NCBI GenBank assembly: GCA_943370015.1 | Contig: CALRPK020000001.1 | Span: 1 to 32,905 of the forward strand | Source: Paracoccus haematequi | Lineage (GTDB): Bacteria > Pseudomonadota > Alphaproteobacteria > Rhodobacterales > Rhodobacteraceae | Length of the DNA: 32,905 nucleotides | Direction: 5' to 3' | In this document: piece after piece, positions 1 to 9,520 of the stretch | How positions within the stretch are numbered: the stretch's first letter is position 1 | Layout: every line of letters begins with the position of its first letter | The notes under the pieces: generated by a model | Told to the model about the DNA's origin: nothing | What the model saw: the letters and a program-made list of their open reading frames with translations, nothing else | Databases searched by the model: none | Position numbers and translations under genes: made by a program

Positions 1-2
1 CG

Positions 3-149
3 CTGCTGGATCGCGTCTGGGGGCGCGACATCTATGTCGACACCCGCACCGTCGACGTCCACGTCGGCCGCCTGCGCAAAACGCTTTGCGCCTTCGGACA
101 CGAAGACCCCATCCGCACCGTCCGAGGTTCGGGATACGCGCTGGGGTGA
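3..149 (+). CDS. phoB: Phosphate regulon response regulator PhoB, C-terminal fragment (host gene, truncated by window edge)
   Basis: Frame 3 reads LLDRVWGRDIYVDTRTVDVHVGRLRKTLCAFGHEDPIRTVRGSGYALG*, an OmpR/PhoB winged-helix C-terminus; TGA at 147-149. Confidence 0.9.
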   Translation: MLDRVWGRDIYVDTRTVDVHVGRLRKTLCAFGHEDPIRTVRGSGYALG

Positions 150-184
150 CGTCCGCCTGAATTGCCCAATCTTCCTTGTGCCCG

Positions 185-224
185 TCTTCTCTGCGCAAAT
201 ATCCCGGGGGGTGCGGGGGGCTGG
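185..224. repeat. Truncated host REP-like GC-rich intergenic element
   Basis: tcttctctgcgcaaatatcccggggggtgcggggggctgg resembles, from recollection, dispersed Rhodobacteraceae intergenic repeats ending in a cggggggctggccccccg hairpin. Only the left arm is present before the phage end. Confidence 0.45.
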
Positions 225-229
225 TGGAC

Positions 230-273
230 CGGACCAAATTTTTTGCGATTGCGGACCACATTATTTGAGATTG
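230..273 (+). repeat. Tandem 22-bp putative transposase-binding sites at prophage end (R1/R2-like)
   Basis: cggaccaaattttttgcgattg (230-251) and cggaccacattatttgagattg (252-273), 19/22 identical, starting 5 bp inside a terminal TG. Confidence 0.8.
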
Positions 274-274
274 G

Positions 275-1243
275 TCACCCCGGCAACTCGGCCTCGATAC
301 TTGTTGTGAAGCCGCCGCTTGCGAGGGTGTGCTTCACCGATTTGACTGACCACAGACCATCGACGGTGGCGCGGATGCCTGCGACGAGAATACGGCCTTC
401 AGCGACGATGGTTGGATCGCCGATGAGGGTCAGGGAGAGGGTGTTGTTGCCGCGCGTGCTCTCATCCAGCTTCGCCTTGGCGGCGGTCTCCGCTTCGGCT
501 TTGGTGGCATGCAGGTGCCGGAGCTTCTTAATGGGGCTTCCGGTTCCTGCCTTCACGATCTCGCGCTTCCCGGTCTTGAGGTTGTGCCAGTACGCTTCGA
601 CGGTTTTCCACTCATCGCGGTTGGAACGGGTGGCGCTGTAGGTGAGGACTGCCCCCGGATCGATGGGTCGCGGGAGCATGGACAGGCCGGAAACGGTCAG
701 GCCCTTTCCGCGTGCCATCATGATCAGAGAGCCGCTTTTCACGGTGGCCATCGCGTCGTGATCTTTGCCGATCCGGTTGAGGAACGCGATGTCGCTTTCG
801 TCTGTCTGATCCAGATGCTCGTACTTGATGGCCTTCAGAGGCTTTGCCACCTTGGGTTGTAGATCATGCTCGCCCGCAATGGTTTCGACGATGTCCCCGA
901 GGGTCTTCTTGTCCCACGATCTGGACTTCTGTTCCTTCAGGGTGCCGCCGAAGTTCGCGGCCTTGCCGCGAAGGGTGACGGTCCGAGGCCAGCCGTTGGC
1001 GGTCCATTCATCGAAGGTGAAGACGCCCATGGGCATCTGGATGGTTTCCTTGAAGCCCATCATGACGATCAGGGGCGCACCCGGCGGCGGTTTGGTGATT
1101 GCGCCGTCGCGATCATCCAGCACGATTTCCACGGCGTCTGACTTTGACCCGGCCTCGTCGGAAACGGTCAGCGACAATAGCCTGTCCCGGATCGCGGCGG
1201 TGATATCGATGCCAGCGGCGAGGACGGTGAAGGCAGGGGTCAT
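275..1243 (-). CDS. Phage late control / baseplate hub protein, P2 gpD-like
   Basis: RLLSLTVSDEAGSKSDAVEIVLDDRDG and LDQTDESDIAFLNRI motifs; last gene of the tail operon. Confidence 0.9.
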   Translation of the reverse strand: MTPAFTVLAAGIDITAAIRDRLLSLTVSDEAGSKSDAVEIVLDDRDGAITKPPPGAPLIVMMGFKETIQMPMGVFTFDEWTANGWPRTVTLRGKAANFGGTLKEQKSRSWDKKTLGDIVETIAGEHDLQPKVAKPLKAIKYEHLDQTDESDIAFLNRIGKDHDAMATVKSGSLIMMARGKGLTVSGLSMLPRPIDPGAVLTYSATRSNRDEWKTVEAYWHNLKTGKREIVKAGTGSPIKKLRHLHATKAEAETAAKAKLDESTRGNNTLSLTLIGDPTIVAEGRILVAGIRATVDGLWSVKSVKHTLASGGFTTSIEAELPG

Positions 1244-1244
1244 G

Positions 1245-1451
1245 TCAATCCCAGAGGCGGATGGTGGGCGTCACAGGCGATGCAGCGGGCAAATCGGGGA
1301 ACGTGATCAGCACACCGGAAGAAAGGATCGGACCGCGCCGTGCCAGTCCGGGGTTTGCATTCAAGACATGTTCCGTCGCGCCGTCGCGCGCCCCGTAGTG
1401 GGTGCGGCACAGGGCGTCCAGAACATCGCCGTCTTTGGTTCGATAGATCAT
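1245..1451 (-). CDS. Tail protein X (LysM-like), P2 gpX-like
   Basis: MIYRTKDGDVLDALCRTHYG...VLNANPGLA...IRLWD; ATG at 1451 overlaps the gpU stop. Confidence 0.9.
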   Translation of the reverse strand: MIYRTKDGDVLDALCRTHYGARDGATEHVLNANPGLARRGPILSSGVLITFPDLPAASPVTPTIRLWD

Positions 1452-1900
1452 GCGAGGCGCGCCAGCTGCGAGAGGACAGAGACGGCAGCGCCAAGACGGG
1501 ACAGCTTGCTCTTGTCGGGACCGTATTCGACCAGGGTGAGTGTGAAGGAGATCGAACGGGGTGCGCCGTCGGAATAGAGTTCGCGGCTCGTCTCTTCGAT
1601 CTGAGTGATGCACCAGTCGCCCCAGACATTGCCGCGCCCATCGACCATGAGCAGCGGCTTGCCGCGTCCCGCGCCTTCGCGCAGACGATCCATCTGGTCA
1701 AAACCACCGTTGAAGTGGGGCAGGATTTCCCCGGAGAGCGTGACCTCGCCCGAACCGGGGCCAAGGAACTGTTGCGCGGGCCTGCGTCCGATGCGCTCTT
1801 GCGCGGCCCAGCGGTAGCTGGAGACCCGCTTGAGTTCGTCATAGGCGGCGGTCCGCAAGTGGAAGGCGAAGTCGCCCAAGAGCATTAGGACGTTAGTCAT
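1448..1900 (-). CDS. Tail protein, P2 gpU-like
   Basis: LMLLGDFAF...YRWAAQERIGRRPAQQFLGPG...ISFTLTL. Confidence 0.9.
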   Translation of the reverse strand: MTNVLMLLGDFAFHLRTAAYDELKRVSSYRWAAQERIGRRPAQQFLGPGSGEVTLSGEILPHFNGGFDQMDRLREGAGRGKPLLMVDGRGNVWGDWCITQIEETSRELYSDGAPRSISFTLTLVEYGPDKSKLSRLGAAVSVLSQLARLA

Positions 1901-4040
1901 GCAGCGCCCTCCTCATGTCCACGGCGGCGCGTTTTGTCTCTTCCGCCAGCACGCGCTTGATCATCGCCTCGATCTCTGCGGGCGAGCCGTGTCCCGGGCC
2001 TGCGGTCAGGGAGATCGAGTAAGACGGGCTGAAGCTTTGCGCCCGCGCGCCAAGTCCGGCCGGAATGGCAGCAAGACCCAAACCGGAGGAGCGCCCGGTC
2101 ACGCTTGCCGAAAGTCTGGCCATGTCGCGGAGGGCGCGGTTGTGGGCAATGAAGCCGCCTCGGTTTTCGTAGCGAAGCTCTGGACCGTTTTCTCCGACGA
2201 TGATCGGACCGGCTCCGAATGCGCCGCCAGAGGCAAATTGGGGGATTGCCGCGCCGGAGGCATCGGTCGCGGGCATGTCGCCCGGTCCGGCATCACCGCC
2301 GGTCAGTCCTAGCCCTGCCAGAGCCGAGGCCCCGCTGTCCTTGACCCAGCGCAGGCCATCAATGACCGGAGATATGACGCCCGCCAGCCACTCGAACTTT
2401 GCGCCGATCCAATCCAGCACGGCGGCAAGACCATCCTTCAACAGGTTCCATCCCGCGACGATGGCATCCGTCATGCCAAGCTTGTCTGTCACGGGCTTGA
2501 TCGCGCTCGTCCAAACCAATTCGAGGGCCGAACCGATGGCCGTGAAGACGGCAGCAAGAGCCGTCTTCACGGCCTCCCACATTTGCCGCAGACCGGTGAG
2601 CGCGCGCGACATGTCGCCCGTGAATATTCCGGCGACGAAGTTGGCGAAGCCTTCGAAGTACCCTTTAACGGCCTGCCAAAGCGAGGCGTAGTAGGTCGTC
2701 AGGATGTCCCAAGCTGCCTTAATGGGAGCCGGGGTGATCTGGTCCACCACGGCCTTGAGCCAAGCCCATCCGCGCTGGAAGGCTCCCGCCACGCTGGCCC
2801 AGAGATTGGCAAACCATGCGCTGACTGCATCCCAGTTGCTGTAGATCAAATAGGCCGCGACGGCGATGGCAGTGATGATTGCGAGGATCGGGTTGGCCAT
2901 CAGCGTCAAGGATACGACGCGGACGGCCTTGGCCACGAAGGTTATGGCGTTGCCGAGACCGAACATCTTCTGGATCGCGGCACCGCCCGCGATGATCTGG
3001 AAGAAGTTCTCCCAGCCGCCGACCGCCGTCGCGCCCGCCTCCAGCCACGGGTAGACGGCCTTCCAAGTGGCAATGACGCCCTTGCCGAAACTCCAGAGCG
3101 ACTCGATGGCCCAAAGGATGTTGGTCGCAAGCGTGTCCGCGTATTGCTGCAAACGGCCATCCGCTGCCATCTGGTTCAGGAGCGTCAGGAAGTCTTGGAG
3201 CTTCGCCTTCAGGCTATCGAAAACACCCGCGTCCATGACCATCACCTGAAACCGTGTCCAGGTGTCCTTGATGTTCGAGATGATCCCGCCCCAAGTCTTT
3301 GACATGCCTTCCGAGGCTCCGGCGTTCTTCTCGCCGAGAGCCTCTACCAACAACGAGATTTCTTCGCGCCCGAGCTTGCCTTTCGTGGCCAAGTCTTGGA
3401 CTTCCGCCGCACTCTTGCCCATCTTTGCGGCCAGCAAGTCCCAGACCGGCACCCCGCGCTCCAGCATCTGAAGCGCTTCTTCGGATTGCAGCTTGCCCTT
3501 TGACCACGACTGGCCAAGGGCCATCACGAGGCCGTCGAGCTGCTCCGCGCCACCGCCAGTCGCGGCCATGGTATCGACCATCGCCTGAAGCGAGCCGTTC
3601 ATGGGGTCCACACCGAAGGCCTTCAGCTTGGCATAAGCTTCGACGGTCTGGTTCATCTCCAAGGGCGTGCGGGTTGCGAAGTCCGAGATCCACGACATCG
3701 CCTTTTCTGCCCCGGCGCTGGACCCTTCGAGGCTGGTCAGCTGGACCTTGAAGCGTTCCATTTCCGCCGCCGGTCCGACGAAGGACATCGCCAAGCCTGC
3801 CATAGACAGATTGTAAGACGCCAGAACACCCCCGTAGCCCGCCAGAACGGCCATGCCGCCCTTGGCCTTGGCCGCAACGTTGGCGAGGCCATTTGCTACC
3901 CCCTTGCTGGTGTGGCTGACCCTGTCCATTGCGGCCTGCATCCGTCCGACGGACGCCCCGACTTGTCCGGATACCGCGCGCAGCGGCGCGGTGATCCGGT
4001 CTGTCAGTTTCACAAGGACGGAGAGGTCTATCGTGCTCAC
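1893..4040 (-). CDS. Tail tape measure protein
   Basis: 715 aa, Ala/Gly-rich; tape-measure N-terminal domain (ISDFATRTP...KGKLQSEE...ERGVP); Trp-periodic repeats; C-terminal FASGG...VGENGPE. Confidence 0.92.
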   Translation of the reverse strand: MSTIDLSVLVKLTDRITAPLRAVSGQVGASVGRMQAAMDRVSHTSKGVANGLANVAAKAKGGMAVLAGYGGVLASYNLSMAGLAMSFVGPAAEMERFKVQLTSLEGSSAGAEKAMSWISDFATRTPLEMNQTVEAYAKLKAFGVDPMNGSLQAMVDTMAATGGGAEQLDGLVMALGQSWSKGKLQSEEALQMLERGVPVWDLLAAKMGKSAAEVQDLATKGKLGREEISLLVEALGEKNAGASEGMSKTWGGIISNIKDTWTRFQVMVMDAGVFDSLKAKLQDFLTLLNQMAADGRLQQYADTLATNILWAIESLWSFGKGVIATWKAVYPWLEAGATAVGGWENFFQIIAGGAAIQKMFGLGNAITFVAKAVRVVSLTLMANPILAIITAIAVAAYLIYSNWDAVSAWFANLWASVAGAFQRGWAWLKAVVDQITPAPIKAAWDILTTYYASLWQAVKGYFEGFANFVAGIFTGDMSRALTGLRQMWEAVKTALAAVFTAIGSALELVWTSAIKPVTDKLGMTDAIVAGWNLLKDGLAAVLDWIGAKFEWLAGVISPVIDGLRWVKDSGASALAGLGLTGGDAGPGDMPATDASGAAIPQFASGGAFGAGPIIVGENGPELRYENRGGFIAHNRALRDMARLSASVTGRSSGLGLAAIPAGLGARAQSFSPSYSISLTAGPGHGSPAEIEAMIKRVLAEETKRAAVDMRRALHD

Positions 4041-4206
4041 TGGGCGTTCTCGGCTTTCAGGAGGGTCACACCGTCATGGTAGAAGGCCATCAACTCTACC
4101 ACGTCCATCTCTGCGGCCTCGGACGGCTGCCAATGGAAAGCGCGCGACATGAACAGGATCACGCCGCGCAGGTAGTCCGGGCTTACGTCGCCGAGTTCGG
4201 CAAAAA
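4037..4206 (-). CDS. gpE' extension of the tail chaperone, reached by -1 frameshift
   Basis: The -1 frame after TTTTTTG reads FAELGDVSPDYLRGVILFMSRAFHWQPSEAAEMDVVELMAFYHDGVTLLKAENAQ*, with the P2 GpE'-like FHWxPSE motif; its TGA overlaps the tape measure GTG. Confidence 0.85.
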
Positions 4207-4437
4207 ACGTGCAAGCACCTCACCCAGTCCGGCGAAGTCTTCCGCGTCCAGTTCCTGCACCACCTTGGGGGGAACTTCGGCCAGATCGGCGATCATTGCC
4301 GCCATCTGTTCGACCTCGTCCTTGCACTTGCGCGCCTTGATCAGGTCGCGCGTCTTCGGACGGCGCAGCGCGAGTTCGGTGTAGTCCTGCCCGTCCACGG
4401 TGACCGGATGCTTCAAGGTGTAGTTTTCACGTGCCAT
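4183..4437 (-). CDS. Tail assembly chaperone (P2 gpE / Mu gp41-like)
   Basis: YTLKHPV...LALRRPKTRD...LDAEDF; lies between tube and tape measure. Confidence 0.88.
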   Translation of the reverse strand: MARENYTLKHPVTVDGQDYTELALRRPKTRDLIKARKCKDEVEQMAAMIADLAEVPPKVVQELDAEDFAGLGEVLARFLPNSAT

Positions 4438-4449
4438 GTGCGCGGCTCC

Positions 4450-4953
4450 TTATCGACCGATGTTGCGGCGGTGCTGGGCCAGCTGGTCCACGCCCCGCAC
4501 CTTGAAGATCATGTTGACGGGATCGGCCTCGATCAGCTCAACGCCGTCATGCTCGCGCTTGTAGTAATCAAGTGCGATGTCGATGCTCATCGGGGCTTCG
4601 TCACCCTCTTTCCATTCGCCCTCGTCCAGCGTCTCGATGAAACCGCGCATCTTGATAACATGCGCATGGGTGGTCCCGTCGCGGTCTTGGGTCGATGCGC
4701 GCACCGTGAAGGGGATCGTGACCCCTTCGGCGATGGAGAAAAGCGACAGGATTTGCGGATCAAGGCCCGCGAACTTGATCTTCGCGGTCAGTTCCTTGTG
4801 CCGCGCCATGCGCACCTTGATGGCACCCGACATGCCGCCCGCGCTGAACTCGCGCGTGATGGTCTCGATTTTCGGGACTTCGACCGAGGTGGCCTGTCCC
4901 GCGTAGCCGCGCCCGTCCACGAAGACGTGCGCGTACTGAAGCAGTTCCTTCAT
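4450..4953 (-). CDS. Major tail tube protein (P2 FII-like)
   Basis: FVDGRGYAG...VPKI...AGGMSG...DYYK...GVDQLA. Confidence 0.92.
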   Translation of the reverse strand: MKELLQYAHVFVDGRGYAGQATSVEVPKIETITREFSAGGMSGAIKVRMARHKELTAKIKFAGLDPQILSLFSIAEGVTIPFTVRASTQDRDGTTHAHVIKMRGFIETLDEGEWKEGDEAPMSIDIALDYYKREHDGVELIEADPVNMIFKVRGVDQLAQHRRNIGR

Positions 4954-4965
4954 GGTTGCCCCCCT

Positions 4966-6135
4966 TTAGGCAGCGACCGGCAGAACCTCGGAGAGGTAGC
5001 CGTTGTTGATGATGGATCGGAAGGTGATGTGTTCGGCGGTGGCCGGATCGGACCAGTCGAAATCGAAGGTCACCTTGCCCGCCTCCAGTTCGGTGGGCGT
5101 GTTCAGGCCCGGCGGTGCCCAGCACTTGAAGCCCACCAGAGCGCCCCGCGCCATCAGAGAGCGGCCATAGGCGTTGACGCCTTCGGTGACCTCTTCGACA
5201 TAGGTGCGGTCAATGTTGCGGTCCACCGCCCAGAGGTGGTTGATCTGGATGCTTTCGCAGATCATGTCGGCGATCCGGCGGCGCTTCAGGAAAGCCATCT
5301 TCGGATCGTTCGAGCAGGACCGGTTGCCCCAGAGGCGGAAGCCCTCGTGCTGGATGATCGTCGCCACCTCGTTCTCGTTGAGGTAATTTGCCCGCGAGGT
5401 GGCATCGCCGATGGAGAAGTCAACGGCGCGGGCCGTGCCGACGATGCCCTCAATCAACCGGTTCGACGGCGAATGCCAGTAGCCCCGCTCCGCGTCGGAT
5501 TTCGCGATCAACCCGGCAACGCGGGCCGAGGCGGGTTCCACCACTTCTGTTCCGGTGGCCGTGTCAAAGACACGTACCCACGGATCAACGATGAAGACGC
5601 GGTCGGAACCGAAGTTGTTGCGGTAGGCGATGGCGGCGGCGTCGGTGGTGTTGGGGCCATCCGCGATGATGACAGCGCGCAGCTTCGTGGCGACGGACAC
5701 CAGTTCCGTGACGACGGCCTGCATCTGTGTGAAGCCGGGCGCAATCAGGATGCGCGGCGTCACACCCAAGGTGGACTGGGCAGCAAGGAAGGCCTTGAGG
5801 CCGAGATACTGGCCGCCCGCCGAAACCCCGCCGATGACATTGGCCATCTCGGTTGCGGCGGCGGCGTCGGCGGCGACGCGGATCACGACGATCATCGCGC
5901 CCGCCTGATCAAAGATGCCATCGACCGCACGCGGCAAAGTGCCTTCGGTTCCGAGTTTGGCCGCTTCGATCTGGTTCCCGGCGATCAGGACGGGCGTGTT
6001 GAGCGGAAAGGCCCAGGCATCCGCAGCGGGTGCCGTCCCGATCAACCCGATCACCGAAGACCGGACGGTTTGGATCGGACGGGTGCCCGTCGTCAGTTCA
6101 ACGATTTCGATGCCATGCAGATACTGGTCCGGCAT
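4966..6135 (-). CDS. Tail sheath protein (P2 FI-like)
   Basis: YLHGIEIVE...VIGLIGTAP...PRILIAPGF...YWHSPSN...GFRLWGNRS. Confidence 0.95.
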   Translation of the reverse strand: MPDQYLHGIEIVELTTGTRPIQTVRSSVIGLIGTAPAADAWAFPLNTPVLIAGNQIEAAKLGTEGTLPRAVDGIFDQAGAMIVVIRVAADAAAATEMANVIGGVSAGGQYLGLKAFLAAQSTLGVTPRILIAPGFTQMQAVVTELVSVATKLRAVIIADGPNTTDAAAIAYRNNFGSDRVFIVDPWVRVFDTATGTEVVEPASARVAGLIAKSDAERGYWHSPSNRLIEGIVGTARAVDFSIGDATSRANYLNENEVATIIQHEGFRLWGNRSCSNDPKMAFLKRRRIADMICESIQINHLWAVDRNIDRTYVEEVTEGVNAYGRSLMARGALVGFKCWAPPGLNTPTELEAGKVTFDFDWSDPATAEHITFRSIINNGYLSEVLPVAA

Positions 6136-6137
6136 GT

Positions 6138-6716
6138 TCAAGGCTCCTCAGATTTGGGATTGGTGTCATTCTGGTCGGACCATCCGAAGACGGCATCCCC
6201 GAGTGCTTCGGCGGCAGCCTCATCAAGTCCTTCGACTTTGGCTCGATAGGCGAGCAGGGCGAGGAAGAGCGGGGCTTGGCGGGCCACGTGCGTGGCAGAG
6301 GCCCAATCGATCTGCGCTTCGACCGGATCGACAGGCAGGCCTTCCAGCGCCGCCGCGAATGTCTTCGGCCAGTCACCACGCGCAGCGGCAACGGCGTCTG
6401 AACCGGGCAGGATGGACAACCGGACAAGCGCTTTCAGGAACTCGGCGCGGCTGGCGGTGGCAGTTTCGCGCCAGACGGACTTGATGTCCCGATCCGGCGT
6501 GGTGTCAGCGGGCAGGACGACGGCAATCTCGTCAGGTACCAGTGCCCACCTGCCCTCTGACCAGATTGCAACCTGTCCTTTCTTGGCTGAAGGCGGCGGC
6601 TCTTCAACGCAGCCAGCGGGCATGAGCCAGACACCGGGTTCAAGCGGGCTTTCATCAGCCGGAATAGGCCCCAGATATCGTCCGGCTTGATCGGTCTGGT
6701 AAACGGTCTTCGACAT
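6138..6716 (-). CDS. Tail fibre assembly protein
   Basis: VYQTD..G.YLG...ADESPLEPGVWLMPAGC...PP Tfa-like N-terminus; directly after the fibre gene. Confidence 0.8.
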   Translation of the reverse strand: MSKTVYQTDQAGRYLGPIPADESPLEPGVWLMPAGCVEEPPPSAKKGQVAIWSEGRWALVPDEIAVVLPADTTPDRDIKSVWRETATASRAEFLKALVRLSILPGSDAVAAARGDWPKTFAAALEGLPVDPVEAQIDWASATHVARQAPLFLALLAYRAKVEGLDEAAAEALGDAVFGWSDQNDTNPKSEEP

Positions 6717-6727
6717 GGACGAACTCC

Positions 6728-7708
6728 TCAGAACTTGATGCAGGCCAGCAAGGCGATGTTCTTGGGCCGCGCTTCCGTGCCGCCGGATGCGTCGGTCGTA
6801 AAGCTGTGGTTGTGATCGCCTGCCGCTCCGGTCGCGGTGACAATCGGATGCGCGTTGTTGGTCGCATCGGCGACTTGCGAGTAAATTCCACCCGGATAAC
6901 TGGCCCCGCTGCCATGAACGTGACTGCCCGCAACAGAGGTCGTACCAGTGTGCTGGTGCGATTGGTTCTGGCTGTCCTGAAACGTCCCCAGTCCGCGTCC
7001 CGTATCAACACCGCGCCCATCATCCCAAGCGCGCGGGAACATCCCGCGCATGTCGGGGAGGTTGAAGGTTGTGGAACCGTCGCCAAGCCCATAGGTGCCG
7101 CCGATGGCCGTCCAAAGGGCGGCATAGGTCGTGCGCGAAACCGCCGCGCCATTGGCCTTGAGATAGCCTGCCGGAGCCGTCGGTCCCGCGTGCAAGATCA
7201 CCGTTCCGGCGGGGACTACGCCAGTTGCGGTCTGTTGGGCGATTGCCTGCTTGACGCGCAGCGGCGTCATTGCGGTTGCGTTGTCCGTTCCCGTCTCGGC
7301 CTGCGCTTGGGTTGCAACGGGCACGGTCAGGACGCGGTCCGCCGACAGATCACCACCGCCGGTCACCAGACCACCGCCGGTGATCGCGCGGGTTGAGGGA
7401 GCGCGTCCCGTCGCAAGGTCAAAAGCCGCCTTTACCGCGCTGGGTGTGGCAGCCTCGGTGACGCTGGTGCTGTTGGTGGCGGCGTTCAGCTTGACGACGC
7501 CCGCCACCGCCTGCGACGCGGCAACCACCTGCCCAAGCAGTTGGTCTACCCGAGTCTTCAGCCATCTGTCCCGTTTCGCGAGATGCAAGTGCGGGATGTT
7601 GTCCATCCCTGCTCCCGTCGCCTCGTTCGGCGCACCGCCTACGACGGGATCGGTCTGTTCGAGCTGGTAGACGTCAACCCATTCGTCGGTGTCGTTCAGT
7701 GTGGCCAT
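6728..7708 (-). CDS. Tail fibre protein with tail-collar domain (gpH-like)
   Basis: VYQLEQTDPVVGG N-terminus; GVVKL...AATPSAVKAA repeat; collar PAGYLKANGAAVSRTTYAALW...FNLPDMRG; C-terminal EARPKNIALLACIKF. Confidence 0.9.
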   Translation of the reverse strand: MATLNDTDEWVDVYQLEQTDPVVGGAPNEATGAGMDNIPHLHLAKRDRWLKTRVDQLLGQVVAASQAVAGVVKLNAATNSTSVTEAATPSAVKAAFDLATGRAPSTRAITGGGLVTGGGDLSADRVLTVPVATQAQAETGTDNATAMTPLRVKQAIAQQTATGVVPAGTVILHAGPTAPAGYLKANGAAVSRTTYAALWTAIGGTYGLGDGSTTFNLPDMRGMFPRAWDDGRGVDTGRGLGTFQDSQNQSHQHTGTTSVAGSHVHGSGASYPGGIYSQVADATNNAHPIVTATGAAGDHNHSFTTDASGGTEARPKNIALLACIKF

Positions 7709-8271
7709 CAGGCGATACCTCGCGTGTAGGACCCGTTTCGAGGCAGGGTCGCGTTGTAGAGAAAGAGGGCTTCTTGGAAGTCGAGCGCCTTCAGGTGGCA
7801 GCGGGCTGGCGCAACCGCAGAGAGGATGCGGCGGACCCGCTCGGCTTGTTCAACGGAAACGGGCCGGGCGAGAATGACCCGATACTCGGCCCAGTGGTTC
7901 TGTGAGGCCCGATTGCGGCTGCCATTGCGCGGCATGGTGCCGTTGTAGGTCTGGAGGCCAGAGCGTTCGACCACGGTTGCATCGCCGTATCCGGCCTTTG
8001 CCAGCGCCCGTTTGACCGCCCCCACCGTACCCTTGTGCCGGTGCACCCAGACAGAGGCGGCGATGACCGCGCGCTTGGTGCCTTCCGGCCACGCATTGTC
8101 CCATTCGTCAACCGACAGGGACCATGCAAGCCACGGCAGGAAGGCGGTCGGACAGGTTTCCGGGTTCCACATCAGATCAATCGGCGCATCGACAGCGCTG
8201 ATCCGAGCGCCGGTCAGGTCAAGGGCGCGCTCAAGGTCCGTTGAATTCGGGGGCAGAAGGCTTGCGGTCAT
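7708..8271 (-). CDS. Baseplate/tail protein I (P2 gpI-like)
   Basis: SLLPPNSTDLE...CP..FLPWLAWSLSVDEW...HRHKGT; ATG at 8271. Confidence 0.92.
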   Translation of the reverse strand: MTASLLPPNSTDLERALDLTGARISAVDAPIDLMWNPETCPTAFLPWLAWSLSVDEWDNAWPEGTKRAVIAASVWVHRHKGTVGAVKRALAKAGYGDATVVERSGLQTYNGTMPRNGSRNRASQNHWAEYRVILARPVSVEQAERVRRILSAVAPARCHLKALDFQEALFLYNATLPRNGSYTRGIA

Positions 8272-9167
8272 GTCGCGCTGCCCATGGTGATGGTGGACGC
8301 CGTGCACCAAGCCGCTTCGCCGCTCGCAATGACCACGTCGGTTGCCGGTTCCGTGAGGATCACCATGTCAACGCCCGGACGATGCAGTGCCGCGAAGATC
8401 GCAGATCGGCGGATGGACTGCCCGACACCACGTTGATCGACCAGATACCGATCCAACGCGGCCTGTGCCTCTGCCAGCACAACCGCCGGGTCCGGCCCGT
8501 CCTGGACGGTGAGAACGGCGGAGATCGTGAAGGGGATGATGACGGCGGATTGCACCACGACGGTGTCACACAAGGGGCGCACGTTTTCGGCATTAAGCGC
8601 ATCGGAAACCGTGGCAATCAGCGCAGGCGAGGCCAAGCCATTTCCAGTGGCGGCAAGAACCGACACGCGCACGGTGCCGGGCGTGGGGCTGTCAATCTCG
8701 ACATCGGCCACCTCAGCAGAGGCGGTGCGCGCATGGTATTCGTAGCTCGCGCGGGAACCTGCGGTCGAATAGCCGTCAAGCGCAAGCTGGGTACGCATCC
8801 GCAGGGCCGCGTCCGTTTCCATCACTGCCGCAACGGGCGGCGTGGCTTCCGGATCGGCGGCCACGACCGTCAGCCGCTGGACACCGAAGAGTGCCGACAG
8901 GTTGTCAAGATCGCTGCCGGTTGCCGTCGCAAGATGGACCGCGCGGACCTTGTCGTTGTCTCCGGCCCTGACCAGCAATTCCCGATAGGCCCAAGCTTGC
9001 AGGAGCTTCACCACCGGTTCGCTTTCATAGGCCAGAACGGGTTCGATGTCTGGCATGAGTTGGACCAGCTGCGTCTTCAATGCCTCAAAGATGACTTCGA
9101 AGGAGAGCGGTTCGATTGCGGCCGGAAGCGGGAGAGCGGCGAGGTTGATCGGGGTGAAGCGGCTCAT
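8268..9167 (-). CDS. Baseplate protein J
   Basis: INLAALPLP..IE.LSFE...ESEP..KLL...AYRE...STAGS...YEYHA. Confidence 0.93.
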   Translation of the reverse strand: MSRFTPINLAALPLPAAIEPLSFEVIFEALKTQLVQLMPDIEPVLAYESEPVVKLLQAWAYRELLVRAGDNDKVRAVHLATATGSDLDNLSALFGVQRLTVVAADPEATPPVAAVMETDAALRMRTQLALDGYSTAGSRASYEYHARTASAEVADVEIDSPTPGTVRVSVLAATGNGLASPALIATVSDALNAENVRPLCDTVVVQSAVIIPFTISAVLTVQDGPDPAVVLAEAQAALDRYLVDQRGVGQSIRRSAIFAALHRPGVDMVILTEPATDVVIASGEAAWCTASTITMGSAT

Positions 9168-9520
9168 AGGCGCACCTCGTCCACGCTGATCACGCTTCCG
9201 TCGGGCAGGTACTCGGCCTCAATGGTCAGAACCACTTTGCCCGCCCCGTCGGACTGCGACACCTCATCAGCCACCACGCGCAGAACGCGCAGCCTTGGTT
9301 CCCACTGGCGCAACGCGAGGACCGTCGCGGCGGAAAGGCGCGCGAGGGTCAGGCCGGTAAGGTTTTGGTCGACCAGGGAGAAGAGGTCCGAGCCGTAGTC
9401 GCGCCGCATGACGCGGCTGCCACGCGGCGTGGTCAGGATGTCGCGCACCGATTGGCGCAAATGGTCCAGACCATCAAGCTTCGTGCCGCCAAGTCGGCTC
9501 ATGCCGAGAACGCCGGTCAT
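9164..9520 (-). CDS. Baseplate wedge protein W (gp25-like)
   Basis: DHLRQSVRDILTTPRGSRVMRRDYGS...WEPR. Confidence 0.93.
   Translation of the reverse strand: MTGVLGMSRLGGTKLDGLDHLRQSVRDILTTPRGSRVMRRDYGSDLFSLVDQNLTGLTLARLSAATVLALRQWEPRLRVLRVVADEVSQSDGAGKVVLTIEAEYLPDGSVISVDEVRL

Noticed and set aside
4408-6249. Long antisense ORFs (e.g. 4408-6249, 10932-12353, 12681-14201, 14666-15922)
   Set aside because: These are shadow frames of well-supported genes in high-GC DNA and carry no recognisable motifs.
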